DNA of 63,281 bases, filler included, from Dimorphilus gyrociliatus (GCA_904063045.1; 7 parts of 7 records of this genome joined end to end with filler, not necessarily neighbours in it); one strand, 5' to 3'. Positions 35,827 through 47,971 are shown, counted from the first letter of the whole stretch. The notes: a model not told the origin generated them from the letters alone. Numbers and translations: made by a program.

Positions 35827-36132
35827 TTGGCTGTTAATAGAGAATTTAGTCCTTTATACCAACCTGATGAAAGATGTAGTCAAGAAAAAGCACCATACTA
35901 TTTTATTCAACTTGACAAATCCTATATTATAAAAACAATACGGATTTTAAATAAAGCAAGTGATCCTCAACTTTTGAGCAATATAATTATTGGCACTCAA
36001 TTAACAAAAGATGTCTCTGTAACAGATTTTAGTAAATATCAACAATTTTCAACAATTGCTGGTGGCGTCTTACATTTTAGAACTGTAACAATGTACTATA
36101 TTGAAAACCTCATTATGCCAGTTCAATTATAA
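35827..36132 (+). CDS. F-type lectin/discoidin-like exon fragment, ending just before the LTR at 36157
   Basis: C..EKAPYYFIQLDKSYIIKTIRILN....LSNIIIG resembles the FTP C..T...PWW.VDL..Y.I..V.I.N motif. Confidence 0.45.
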   Translation: MAVNREFSPLYQPDERCSQEKAPYYFIQLDKSYIIKTIRILNKASDPQLLSNIIIGTQLTKDVSVTDFSKYQQFSTIAGGVLHFRTVTMYYIENLIMPVQL

Positions 36133-36156
36133 TTTATAGAAATGAATGTGGCATAC

Positions 36157-36345
36157 TGTACAACTTTGTTATATTTCATGTTTGAACTGTATTACTTTAT
36201 GCAACTTATATATATATGTCTTAAAACCTACTCAAGAAAATGCTATAACATTGTACAAACACAGGTCTGATTAGTCAGCTTGAGGACTCATCTTTAATTA
36301 CCAGTTAAGATTTAGCCAAGTTATAATTCAATGAACTTGCCTAAT
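36157..36345 (+). repeat. Truncated LTR copy (5' ~190 bp)
   Basis: TGTACAACTTTG...AAGAAAATGCTATAACATT...GTCTGATTAGTCAGCTTGA...CCAAGTTATAATT is collinear with 34283-34475. Confidence 0.9.
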
Positions 36346-39300
36346 GTGTACTTTGTTGTATTGTAATTGTAGGAATTTCTGCTTCTTCAGAACATTATTT
36401 GGCCTTTCCAATCATTTTTCAACTTACCAAAGTACTCAAACAAATAGAACCTTTCAAGTTCGTCCACATATAGTCTTAAGAAATACCAGTATTTTGTTTA
36501 AAAGTTTGTTAAGTCTTTCTAATGTACCCTTATATCTAAAGTCTAAGTATTGATATATCATTATATTAAGTGCACAAATATCCCTCTCTTTTAGGACCTT
36601 GCTTCCACGAAAGGTCTGGGACTTGTCACAATGACTCTATTACCTTCTTTTGTAAAAGTTGGATAGTTTTGAAGAGGTATTGCTTCTTGATCAACTTCCA
36701 TAGTTGAGTCTGTTGGGATCTGTAATTCCTTTTGTTGGTTTTGCTTTCCTTCTTTCTAAGTATTTCCAAAGTCTTTTCCTAGTAAGTTTGCTACATCTTC
36801 TTTCATATGCAATCCATAGTATGAATGAAGTTGCATGAATAATTATTGTTGGAAATGCAATGTTAATCAGCATTTTGGTTGGAGTTTTCTGTTAAAGCAT
36901 AAAACATTACAGAGAAATGAGTATAATTATGTTTTTGATCTCCCCAGTGGTTAGGCAGTAAATAATTTTTATAAACTATTAAAAACATTTACATTTTGAG
37001 TAAATTTCCAAAATAGTATTTAGGCCTAACCTGTAGAATGATTGGAGCATACAGGATTAGCTTGAAAAATCCAATGGCTATTAACAAACTGTGGATAACA
37101 TCCTAGAAATGTATTTTTTCTATATTTACAATAAGCAAGTGCTAAAGTCTAAATAAAAGAAATTGTAGAAATTTTACAAAAAAAAGACTATTGAAAAATC
37201 TAACACTAGTATAAAAAAGCTTTTTCTTTGTTTTATCAATAATAAGAGAATATGAATTTTTATTATATTTTCTACAAAGAAAATCATTTAAAATGTAAAA
37301 GTTTTCATTTTCTGAACATTTAAAAACTGTTGGAAATATTCTGTTTCTTTTTCGATACGAAGACATAAACTAAAAGTAATGCAACTGGAAATTGTCTTCT
37401 TAGCACTAAATGGTAAAATGAATTTGAATTTGTTTCCTTTGCTTCCAAATATAGTTTTGAATAAAAAATATATAACATTCTCCCTTAATAATTCTCCTTT
37501 ACCTTCAAGGTCAGAATAACTACAAAGAATATATTCATAAGAACTTTCAAGGTCATTTATTGATTTAAATAGAATTGTTGGTTTATTAGAATGTTTTAGA
37601 GATTTATAACAAACTTTTTTTTTTCAATAGAAACATATTTTTTCTGTAATGATCCACTTTGACTTTCTTTTAAGAAAATGTCTTTTTCTATGAATATAAA
37701 TTTGCATACGTCATCACTTTATTTTCAGTAATAATTTTATAGACATTAATCAATAAATGAATTGAATCGTATCCAACATATTTGCATAAATCTTTTTTGA
37801 ATATTTGTAAACCATTTTCATATTTAAGCCAAATATTTTTTGTTTCTTTATCTTGTTGAATAATTATAATTAGACCTTCAGCAGAGATTTCATTCTCTTT
37901 ATAATTTTAAAATTGCTTTCTGCTCAGATTTTTTAAACAATGAAAACATTAAATGTAAAAGATGTATAACTTTCATTATCATTTTCAATATTACTTAAAT
38001 GGAGAGAGATTTCCATTTTATTTAAAATTCACATGAAAATTTTGAATATTAAAAAAGAACCATTCATGAATATTTCAAATGGTAGAGTTATTTAATAACA
38101 TTTGTAATTTTACCTTCTACATTTATATAATAGGTTTTTTGCTAAAACATTTAGTATGTAGGCCTATTTGCACATTAATAAATCAAAAAATGATTTGGGT
38201 TTTAGAATTGGCTGTCGCGAGTGGAAAATGAATTTGGACAAAATACGATATAGAATTCTAGAGATTAGCATTGGTTTTATAAATTATTTTTCAAACTTTA
38301 TTAACAAGGTCAATTATCAATTAAAAATTGGACATATACTTAATTGACTAAAAGATATCAGTTTGCTGATATGGTTATGGTCTGCCAATCGCAAACCACT
38401 GTTTTTGTAAGCATATATTGTCCAGGAATTTTAAAGAGATTCTACTGAAACTTTCTACTTGAAAAGTTCAATGAGAAAATCATCAGGCCTTTGCTTGGGC
38501 TAGAGATATTTTTATATGAAATATGTCATGTCTTTATATTCCAGTGTAAGTACTAATATTTTGTATATGTGATTGTAATATTAAAAGCTACAAAGGAGTG
38601 TATCATTTGTAATTGTGTCATTCCGTCAAGCTCATCCAATAAGTCCTAAGAATTAGCAATGTGATAAATATATCTTTATATTTTATAACATTCTGTTGCT
38701 CTTAAATTGCAGACTATGAAGACATAGATAAATTAAAAAAAAATACATAGGGGATTTTCTGAGGAGTTCACCATCTGATTTCTGTTAACATGGCAGAGAC
38801 CAACTTCTAACCAAATGGCAGAATATGCATAGCAAATGGAGATGACTATTAAAACAAAAATTGTTGATTAAGTGGTTGTTGGAGGATGAATTCTTACTAC
38901 AAACATCTCAGGTCCACCTAGCTATGCTCCATAGAATTTTACTTATATTTCATATTCTTCTTACATATACATTCAGAATCTAAACACAAAGTCATTCTGA
39001 ATGTATGTATTCAAGTCTTTATAATGCAAAGCATATTGAATACATTCTTCAAACTTCATTCTTATGTTTTGAATAGTTGTCGGGTTTGTTGTCAATATTT
39101 AAACACCTAGGCCACTTTATTGAACTGTCTAAACACCACAAAAATGAATCAAATGGCAGAAAGATCAATACAAATAAAAGTTTTAACTGGATGATCTAGA
39201 CAATAAATCAATATATAGATTTAAACTTGGATTTATGGTTTATGAGATTTCAAAAAAACCTTGTGAGATCTATACTGAACACAGTTAGCTTGCACCGCAA

Positions 39301-40033
39301 AATCTCTCTTTGCTCTTTCTCTCTTTGACCGCTATTGTCATTGGCAAAACACCTGAACATTGGCACGACCTCTAGAATATTTTTTTAATAATTGAATAGT
39401 GTAAGAATGTTAAAAATGAATTGAACAGGATTCAACATTGAAAACTCTATTCGGTGTTTTTATATTCTATTTTATTCATTTATAATAAGTTTAGTATAAT
39501 AAATCTAGAACTCGTTAATAATTGAATGAGGAAGGCTTTGACCAAAAGATGAATAATGTAAAATTTTCTAACTTATTTGGATAAAGATTTTTCTCCATGT
39601 GTATTCTATTACGTTCAAGGATACTGTTCTGTTATTCTGGAAGAGTAATTTCTTCTCTGCCTGATCGTTTAATATTCCATTGTCTCTATCACTTTATTCC
39701 TATAGCTACTTCCATTTAATAGTCTAATTGTTTATTAGAAACCAGTCTAAACTTATTTATAGTTCTTTTATTATGAAAGCTATTTTCATAACAATAGCTG
39801 CTTACTTTAAATCATAAACTGGATATACAGGCTTGTCCTGCTGCCTGCAAGGTTGAATGCCTGAAAAATATCAATTTCCCGTAAGAATCCAAGTAAATAT
39901 CTGAACTCCTCCCACTTTTCTATATTGACAAAGATAGAGGGCCAGTGACATATTAATGGCCATACCATACCTATTAATTGCTAGTTTATGTTGCACATTT
40001 TTAGTCACAAGTTCTCTCAATTAAATTATCAAA

Positions 40034-41392
40034 ATGTGTGATGATGATACTTCAGCTCTGGTTTCGTTAAAGCTGGCTTTGCTGGTGATAAAGAACCCCA
40101 AGCAGTTTTTCCCTCCCTTGTTGGTAGACCAAAACATTCTACTATCATCAACGGAAAAGATTGTTATGTTGGAGATCAAGCACAATCAAGGAGAGATGTC
40201 CTACATCTTAAATATCCAGTAGAACATGGCATTGTTACCAATTGGGATGATATGGAGAAATTATGGCACTATACTTTCTACGATAAACTTCGTATTTCAC
40301 CTGAAGAACACGCTATTTTACTGACAGAAGCCCCCTTAAACCCAAAAGCTAATCGTGAAAAAATGACACAAGTAAGATAATGCAAAATAAATATTTAGCA
40401 GAAGGGGTTATATTAAAACTTTAAAGTAAGTTGACTATTTTCCCCATACTGTTGTGTTGCAGATTCTATGTTCTGTTGGTCCATCGTTTCAACAAAACTT
40501 TCTATGTATTATAAGCCAAGTAATAATTGATGTTCTTTATCTTTTTTTGTAGATAATGTTTGAAACATTCTCCAGCCCATCTATGTATGTATGTATCCAA
40601 GCTGTACTTGCCCTGTATGGGTCAGGAAGAACAACTGGAGTGGTTTTCGATTCTGGCTATGGTGTTAGCCATACTGTCCCAGTCTATGAAGGTTATGCCC
40701 TTCCTCATGCCATTTTGCGTATTGATATGGCTGGAAAGGATTTGACCGATTACTTGATGAAACTACTTACTGAAAAAGGTTATGTCTTCACCACTTCAGC
40801 TGAGAAGCAAATTGTAAAAGATATCAAGGAAAAATTAGGCTATGTGGCACTTGATTTTGAGGAAGCAATGAGAGAGGATGATTCATCTGTTGAAATGAAG
40901 TACAAATTGCCTGATGGACAAGAAATAACAATTGGAAAAGAGGCATTTCGTTGTCCTGAAAGCCTATTCCAACCTGCCTTTTTAGGAATGGAATCAGCTG
41001 GTATACACGAAACACTTTACAATTCTGTAATGAAATGCGACGTTGACATCAGGTGATTTAATTTTTCTTTTTTATTTATAATTCTATTATTGAGCAAACT
41101 TAACATAGTAAACCCTTTGGCTTTTGTTTACAGAAAGATTTTGTATGCTAATACAGTATTGACTGGAGGTAGTAGCATGTTTAGAGGTATTGAAGACAGG
41201 CTGCATAAAGAGATAACGAGTTTAGCTCCACCTACAATGACCGTTAAAATTATTGCACCGCCTGACAGAAAATTTTCTGTATGGAATGGAGGTTCCAGCC
41301 TTGCAGCTTTGTCTACTTTCCAACAAATGTGGATCACCAAGAGTGATTATGACGAATCTGGGCCATCCATTGTACACAGAAAGTGCTTTTAA
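40034..41392 (+). pseudogene. Actin: Divergent actin, 3 exons (40034-40371, 40553-41052, 41134-41392), frameshifted by a deletion removing VDNGSG
   Basis: MCDDD start; KAGFAG...[51 protein letters not shown]|[25 protein letters not shown]; GT-AG introns. Confidence 0.92.
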
Positions 41393-41459
41393 ATATTTTC
41401 AAACTGTAGTGTCTGGAATACAGTATGAGTTTATGACAGTTGTTATTTTCAATACATAC

Positions 41460-41951
41460 TGTACAGCTCTTGCTTGGCAAGTTTATGTGTTTGCAAGTTA
41501 CAACAATATTGGTTCTACTCGAACCTTTAAAAAAATTTTTAAATTGAAACGGTTTTTTCAAAATAATAATACTTAAGCAAGTAGCAATATGAGAGTTCCA
41601 AAGCAGAGTAGATAGTTCATAATAGCAGGTTGCCAAATTACCAAAACTGTCTTCCAATGTTGAAGAGTAGATTGATGGCTCCAGTGGAGATTGTTTCCAG
41701 GTTATCTTCCCAGGCCCTTGGGTCCAGATAAGAATGCTTATAATGAAAATAGTGAGGATACATATACTTTGAGGTTTGCCTCTGATATCGAATCATCACT
41801 TTACAGTTGCTGAACTGTGTAATTCATATTTATCTTTAGAAACAGGATGTTACAAAATTCAACAATTAGGTAGGTTAATTGAATTATAACCTAGCCAAAC
41901 CTTAACTGGTAATTAAAGATGAGTCTTCAAGTTGACTAATCAGACCTGTGT
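41460..41951 (-). repeat. Inverted LTR copy, truncated by the contig end
   Basis: TGTACAGCTCTTGCTTGGCAA...GGTTCTACTCGAACCTTTAA...GACTAATCAGACCTGTGT is the reverse complement of ~34390-34917 with scattered substitutions. Confidence 0.92.
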
Positions 41952-42051
41952 NNNNNNNNNNNNNNNNNNNNNNNNNNNNNNNNNNNNNNNNNNNNTTAAT
42001 TAATTAANNNNNNNNNNNNNNNNNNNNNNNNNNNNNNNNNNNNNNNNNNNN
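41952..42051. other. Artificial contig spacer
   Basis: 44N-TTAATTAATTAA-44N. Confidence 0.99.
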
Positions 42052-43123
42052 TTATATTAATTACTGTAAAGTAAGTAGAAAACAATCTAATAAATATAGA
42101 TACATATTTTATAATAGAATACTATCTATCTCAACTTAGATCTACTATGAATATGCGAGCTAAAAATAGAAATCTTTAAAAAAATTCAAAAGTCTATCAT
42201 AGATGCTGAGAAACACAAAGGTTTATTTGAACAGGATACTGAAATTAACACTTATTTAAAATATGTTGATTTTATTCTGAAATACCATCTAAATAACAAA
42301 CAGGAAATTAAAGAATCAATAAATTTTTTAGAAAAAGAACTAATATATAGACTACGGAACTTTTTTTGATGATATTAGGGATGTCAAAGAGAATTATAAA
42401 ATGATGTATTCGACAAGAATGTAAAATGGAACGATATAGAGTTTTCTTTATTTCACAATGACTATCAAGATTATAAAAAATGTCAACTTAAAAAATCAAA
42501 AGACTATGAAGTAAACAATTGGTTCATTTTGTAACGCCTATAGATAAAACTATCTCTCAAATGGAAAATAAGGACTTTTTTTCGGTATCTACTTCTGACT
42601 TAAAGAGTTTTGTTAATAATAGTGAACAGCAAGGTTAGACTTAGAAGAGTCATATTTACAGATAAAGGAACTTCACAGAGTTACACAAATAATATTCAAA
42701 AAGTTACATAAAATATTGGTTGAGTTTGATATCCTATTAAAGAAAAACTATATGAAAAGTTTTTACGTAGAGTTACTTTTATCAGAAACTCTTAATATCA
42801 TAGATTTTTTAGACAAACTTAAAAGATACTTCAATTGTGAATACACAGAAGAGTTCAACATCATTATACCTGACAAGTTTGCATGTCTAAGTAAAGAATT
42901 TAATTTACTTAACCAAAATAGAATAATAAACATCAATAGAGCTAAAAGTATGATTGAATCTATTCTAACTGAAAAGTTTGAACTACCTGTTGATGAAATT
43001 CCTCTTAATTTAGTACCTAAAAAGCCTCATTATTATGATCTGGCTTTTGATTTTATTGAATATCCTACAGTCAAAAAAAGTGGAATAAGTGGATTATTTG
43101 AAAAATTTAAATTCTTTAAATAA
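42052..43123 (+). CDS. SRP68: Probable signal recognition particle subunit SRP68 (5' part fragmented by frameshifts)
   Basis: C-terminus PLNLVPKKPHYYDLAFDFIEYP..KKSGISGLF matches the SRP68 P...KP.FFDLA...+.YP...KSG..G motif; the upstream 650 bp have coding-like composition. Confidence 0.6.
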
Positions 43124-43699
43124 AGTCTTTAATATAAAAGTCTGTTTAAAAAGTGACTCTTGATTTTATATAGAGAGCCAAATATCTAAAACTTTATTGT
43201 ATTGATAGTCTATAAGTTTCAACAATTATTCTAAATATCTTTTTAAGAACTCAACTATAGTCCATTTTGACCTTTAAATGAGATTCTAAATGTTATAAAT
43301 ATGTTTTTTTTAATTGTAAAATACAAAAAACCAATATTTATAACATTTAGAATTAAAAGGTAAATAAATAAATACGATTTTAGTTTAATCTTTCTTGAAT
43401 TATTATTTTATTAGTATTGGCATATAATCTTCTTAAAAAGAAACGTAGTTAATCCATACTACAAGAAAAAAACTAGTTCTATTTAAAAATTATATTTTTT
43501 AACAAAAGTTCATTTAATTTAGAAAAAACATACTCTTGTAAGCTTTTAAAATTATTTCATAACTTTTTATATAAGAATAAAATTTTTAATTAATTAAATA
43601 AAAATTATATAATTTTTATATTAAAAAAGTAAACTTCTGTGTTAAAAGATAAATGTTCTTTAAATGTTGATACTCTAGAAACTAGGCCTTAAAAGTTAG

Positions 43700-43969
43700 C
43701 TATCTTTTACTATAAAAGTAATAACAAGCACCTCCAATTGCAGCTATTACGACTACACCTAAGCCAAATCCTCCAGCGTAATAAAAAAATTTTGAAGAAT
43801 CGCCACTTTCTTCACCGCTTCCGCCATCCCCACCAGATGTTTCAACCGGGGGTTCAAATGTTTGTGTAGTTTCGGGTGTTTGCTGTGGCATCATAATAGG
43901 GTCTTCTTCTGAAGGCTCAGTTAGATAAACTATAGCTAAGAAAGTCATCAAAAGAATGTGAAATCGCAT
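43700..43969 (-). CDS. Small type I membrane protein (signal peptide, Pro/Thr/Glu/Ser-rich stalk, Gly-rich TM)
   Basis: MRFHILLMTFLAIVYLT...; TM FFYYAGGFGLGVVVIAAIGGACYYFY then SKR. Confidence 0.75.
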   Translation of the reverse strand: MRFHILLMTFLAIVYLTEPSEEDPIMMPQQTPETTQTFEPPVETSGGDGGSGEESGDSSKFFYYAGGFGLGVVVIAAIGGACYYFYSKR

Positions 43970-44923
43970 ATCAAATTTTTGGAAATTTTATTTATACACT
44001 AAAACCTCCTTTTTGGAAGTTATCCTCCAATAGATTTACATAATAAATATGCTTCTTTTTAGGAAATTATTTTTGAATATTTTTAAAAGATATTTTAAGT
44101 TTCAATTATACTTTATATTTGCATTTTATCTTAAATTTTAATCACGTATCTAGATTTTACATAAATAGAAGTCGAATTAAATTTGAATAAAATCCCATAT
44201 TTATACAAATCTATTGATTCTTCTCCTAGAACCACAAATAAATAATTATTTATAGTAGGTAAATTAATTTTAGTATTTATATACTGTGAAAAAACTATTT
44301 ATCTTAATATGTTATATTATGTTTATTATTTTAATTAATAATAAAGATAAAAAAACTAAAGAAAATATATTTTGAAATTCTCAACTATATAAAATACAAA
44401 TATTAGATTTAGCCACATTAAAACCAGCGTTTTGTATTATCAAAGGAAGTTTATTGTTTTCTGATGAACTAAAAATTTTAAAGCATTTTCCTTTTTTTAG
44501 TTTAAACTATCTTTTTTACCTTTTTCTATGTTTTTAGTTAAAAAAAGGAAATTAAATTTCTAAGAAATTTCATTCTATTTAAATATCTATTTTTTTGTAT
44601 ATATAATTAAAATCTTAAATTTTAGTTTATAATTTTTTTTAGAAATTCATGTGTTAAACAAGTTTGTAAAAATTATTTATTCATTTTTATTGACTTTAAG
44701 ATTTTTATATTGTATTCATAATTAACTAAAAACCTATTAAAATACTGATGAACTTATTTGATCTAAAATTATAAAACATGAATTTACAAACATTATAGTA
44801 AAAAACCTTATATATAATTTTAATCCTTTTATTTAAATTAGGAAATTATCAATTTTTGATACTCCGAATGGAATATATTTCTAATGTATAAAATTAAGTA
44901 CTAAAGAATATAAATTTATAAAA

Positions 44924-45880
44924 TTATTTATTCAAAATAGTCTCCATAGCTGATTTTCTTTGCTGAAGAAAGTCTTCTCCCAGAGTAAGAAAACATACCT
45001 TAGCATCTTCTCCGCCGGAAAGTACATACTTTCCGGAAGGATGAACACAAATTTTATTTATAGTACCAAAATGAGGAGAATAGGATCCAAAATACTCGGT
45101 AGTATAAGCATTATAAAAATTTAAGCTAAATGTTTGATTTCCGCCTGTAAGTGTAACATCTCGAGCACATATACCACCTGCTGTTATATGAAAGTCATTT
45201 GTAGGAAATAAAGAGCTACTATTTAGTGGTTCATTAGAGTTAAATGTTCTGTTTACTTCTAAATCATAATCAATCACTTTTGAACTAGAATCTTTTGATG
45301 ATGTAGTAAAAAAGGTTTTACAGTAACTTTTTTTCATTTCATTTATTCTAGAATTGTGAACTGTTTTCATAATAGATTGTTTATTCCTCATATCGTATTT
45401 AAATAGTTCACCGTTTTCTGACCCAATAACTAAGTTATTTGAGAAATAACAGGCAGCTGTTGGTATAATATCTAATTCAACAATTTCATTAATCTTGGCT
45501 CTAAAATCTAAACTATAAACAGTTGGTTTGTGATCATATGAATCGTCACATATAACTATACAATTATTATTATCAACTTGTTCTATCACTCTCGGGAAAG
45601 ATTGAAATCCTTGTTCCAAAATATTACAGCCTTTATTTAAGTCCCACTTTAAAACTTTTTTATCTGCACTACAAGATACAGGGCTATCATATTCAACTAA
45701 AAAGTCAAATATAGACCCATTGTGACCAATTAAAGTTCCTATGTGTTTTCCATGAATGTTCCAAACTGAAATATAAGCATCAACTGACGAAGCAAATATT
45801 AGATCACCCTCAATACCAAATCTTACCTGTGTTATTGGTCTACTATGTAGATTAAAATAATCGATATGACCATATTCCAT
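44924..45880 (-). CDS. TIF34: Translation initiation factor eIF3 subunit i (WD40)
   Basis: LHSRPITQVRF..EGDL.F..S.D..ISVW...G..IGT..GH.G.I; C-terminal HFGTIN.I.VHP.G...LSGGED..V. Confidence 0.9.
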   Translation of the reverse strand: MEYGHIDYFNLHSRPITQVRFGIEGDLIFASSVDAYISVWNIHGKHIGTLIGHNGSIFDFLVEYDSPVSCSADKKVLKWDLNKGCNILEQGFQSFPRVIEQVDNNNCIVICDDSYDHKPTVYSLDFRAKINEIVELDIIPTAACYFSNNLVIGSENGELFKYDMRNKQSIMKTVHNSRINEMKKSYCKTFFTTSSKDSSSKVIDYDLEVNRTFNSNEPLNSSSLFPTNDFHITAGGICARDVTLTGGNQTFSLNFYNAYTTEYFGSYSPHFGTINKICVHPSGKYVLSGGEDAKVCFLTLGEDFLQQRKSAMETILNK

Positions 45881-46052
45881 TATTGGGGGTTAAATAATTA
45901 TTAAAATAAAAAATAGAAAACAAAAAAGTTTCATTTCTTTGAAGAAAACTTTAGTTGATAAATTAACGTATAATCCTTAAAGGTAATTAAAAAATAATGA
46001 AAATTAATATAAATTCTATGATAAAATAATTTTAACAATAAATACCCTTAAG

Positions 46053-46364
46053 ATGATTTCAGAAGCAATGAGAAAACTTTTGGCAGTAGAAAAAGAACTT
46101 AAAAAAAAAGTAGAAAATGCTAAAAAAGAAAAGGAAGAATGCATTAGATCTGCAAAGAAAGATGCACTTCAATATATCCAAGAAACTGAAATAAAAAATG
46201 AAGAGGAATACAAAAACCATGACAGAGCCTTAACAAAAGAACTTAAGAAAATAGAGGAAGATTATGAAAAAAGGTATCTTAAAGATATAGAAAAGTTAAA
46301 TTCATCAATAAAAAATAGAGAAGAGTTGATAAATGAAATTGTAGAAATTATTTCACTCGAGTAA
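46053..46364 (+). CDS. VMA10: V-ATPase subunit G
   Basis: KLLAVEKE.KKKVENAKK.K...I.SAK.DA..YI coiled coil, 103 aa; ACCCT motif upstream. Confidence 0.8.
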   Translation: MISEAMRKLLAVEKELKKKVENAKKEKEECIRSAKKDALQYIQETEIKNEEEYKNHDRALTKELKKIEEDYEKRYLKDIEKLNSSIKNREELINEIVEIISLE

Positions 46365-46385
46365 GTTTTGTTAAGAAAATAAAGT

Positions 46386-46726
46386 TTAATAAAACCTAAT
46401 AATAAAATACAAAAACAAAAAACTTATAAAGGTTAATAGGAATGTATTAAATACACTTACATCCTTAACTTCGTGTTTCAAACTTTGATTAATATTTTGA
46501 CTATTAGTTTTAAATTTTACTTCTAATTCTTCTAAGCCTTCATCGTTGATGTTTTCATTAAACTCAGTGATTCTTTTTCTAAGAATTTTTGAGTACTTTA
46601 ATAAATCTCCCTTATTTTCTGATTTTTTAATTTTGTTTGTATTTAAAAATTTATTCAAAAGTGTTTTTTTCTAAAATCATAATTTTTTTTCAAATCCAAT
46701 TTTAAACGCTCTATATACTTTTCCAT
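46386..46726 (-). CDS. Tail-anchored SNARE-like protein (Use1-like); likely start at 46726 with one frameshift
   Basis: GCCCTAATG start; coiled coil then C-terminal TM FNTFLLTFISFLFLYFIIRFY. Confidence 0.5.
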
Positions 46727-46751
46727 TAGGGCTTTAAATTTTTTTATTAAT

Positions 46752-47360
46752 TTATAATTGTAAAACAAATTTCTTGAAAACACCTTTAGCTTGCATTTTT
46801 TTAACAACATCTAAACCGCCTAAAAACGCCTTATCTACGTATATTTGAGGAAAGGTAGGCCATTCGTTAATCTCTTTTAGTCTTTTTCTAAAATTTTGAT
46901 TCAAAAAAATATTAAAATATCGATAGTCTTTACCAGAAACTAAACCTACATCATCAAATATCTTGACTAGTTCTCTTGTATACTTACATTCTGGATTGGT
47001 AGGTGTTCCTTTTATGAAAATTACAATCCTTTTGCTATCAATTACTTTTTCTATTGATTTTTTGGTAGATTCAAATTCATTTAAATCTCTTTTTTTTATT
47101 TGTTCATTTAAATTACCATCATCATATATTATAGTATCATAACTTAATAAACATGGTAATTTTTCAATACCATAATATTCTAAAAACATATTTTTGAGTT
47201 CATCACTTACTGATAAGTTCAACATTTTTACATCATCTGGAAAAAGCTTTAACAACTTCATAACAGATTCACTTTCTTTATCATATGCTAAGATGTTTTT
47301 TGCATTTTCAAGTAATTTAAAGGTATCATTTAATAAATCTTTATCATATTTTGGTGTCAT
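46752..47360 (-). CDS. GRX3: Monothiol glutaredoxin Grx3/4 (PICOT-like; degenerate Trx + Grx domain), active site CKYT
   Basis: IVIFIKGTP..PECKYTR, F.I..N..FR..LKE..EWPTFPQIYV....LGGLDVV; ACCC directly before the ATG. Confidence 0.88.
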   Translation of the reverse strand: MTPKYDKDLLNDTFKLLENAKNILAYDKESESVMKLLKLFPDDVKMLNLSVSDELKNMFLEYYGIEKLPCLLSYDTIIYDDGNLNEQIKKRDLNEFESTKKSIEKVIDSKRIVIFIKGTPTNPECKYTRELVKIFDDVGLVSGKDYRYFNIFLNQNFRKRLKEINEWPTFPQIYVDKAFLGGLDVVKKMQAKGVFKKFVLQL

Positions 47361-47483
47361 GGGTTAGAAAACAATAAAATTAATTATAAAAATATAAAAT
47401 GAATCAAATCAATTATAAAATAAATACTTTCAAAATTTAGAAATTATAAAAAAAGCTCATTTTTAATTAAACCCCCTTAGTTA

Positions 47484-47894
47484 ATGTTTTATTTTAGATT
47501 TTTATCAAAGACTATAAATAACTGTAATTCAGACACAAAGGATCAGAAAACATCCATTTTTAGACTATTTAATAAAATGAAATCCCAATCAATGGTTTAT
47601 AAAAACAAATTAATGACCACTAAAAACACCAATTTGGTTCTGAAAACATCATCGAATTTTTTAGAAAAATTTAAAATCCAAATAATAAATAATTTTGCTA
47701 ATTATGAAGCTTTTAATTCATTGTTTTTTATGTTTTATTCTCCATTTAATATAAATTCTAAGATAAAAATTAATAATTTTATTGGTGTTATAGAAAGTTT
47801 TACACCAAAATATATAATTTTAAAAAGTAAAGATAGAACCATCTACTACCCAATAAAAAAAGCCATAAACGAAGTTATAGAAGTTTATAATTAA
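47484..47894 (+). CDS. Hypothetical protein, possibly RNase P/MRP subunit Pop4/Rpp29
   Basis: C-terminal beta-barrel-like FIGVIESFTPKYIIL.....YYPIKK; CCCCC motif upstream. Confidence 0.4.
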   Translation: MFYFRFLSKTINNCNSDTKDQKTSIFRLFNKMKSQSMVYKNKLMTTKNTNLVLKTSSNFLEKFKIQIINNFANYEAFNSLFFMFYSPFNINSKIKINNFIGVIESFTPKYIILKSKDRTIYYPIKKAINEVIEVYN

Positions 47895-47971
47895 ATTTTT
47901 GTTATTAAAGAAATATATTCTTTTAATAATCATATTTTAAAATTTAAAGAAAAAAGATAATTTTTTATTTT

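Noticed and set aside
36580-39900. Decayed non-LTR retrotransposon on the minus strand
   Set aside because: Only scattered hints (KPMLISRILYRIL ~38280-38240, YFYSKLY ~37470, IHATSFILW ~36830) that are not in a coherent domain order; cannot be supported without a profile search.
36152-41459. CATAC before the 36157 and 41460 LTRs as the TSD of one element
   Set aside because: The two LTRs are in opposite orientation and the 5-mer lies on the same side of both, which does not fit a single integration or a simple inversion.
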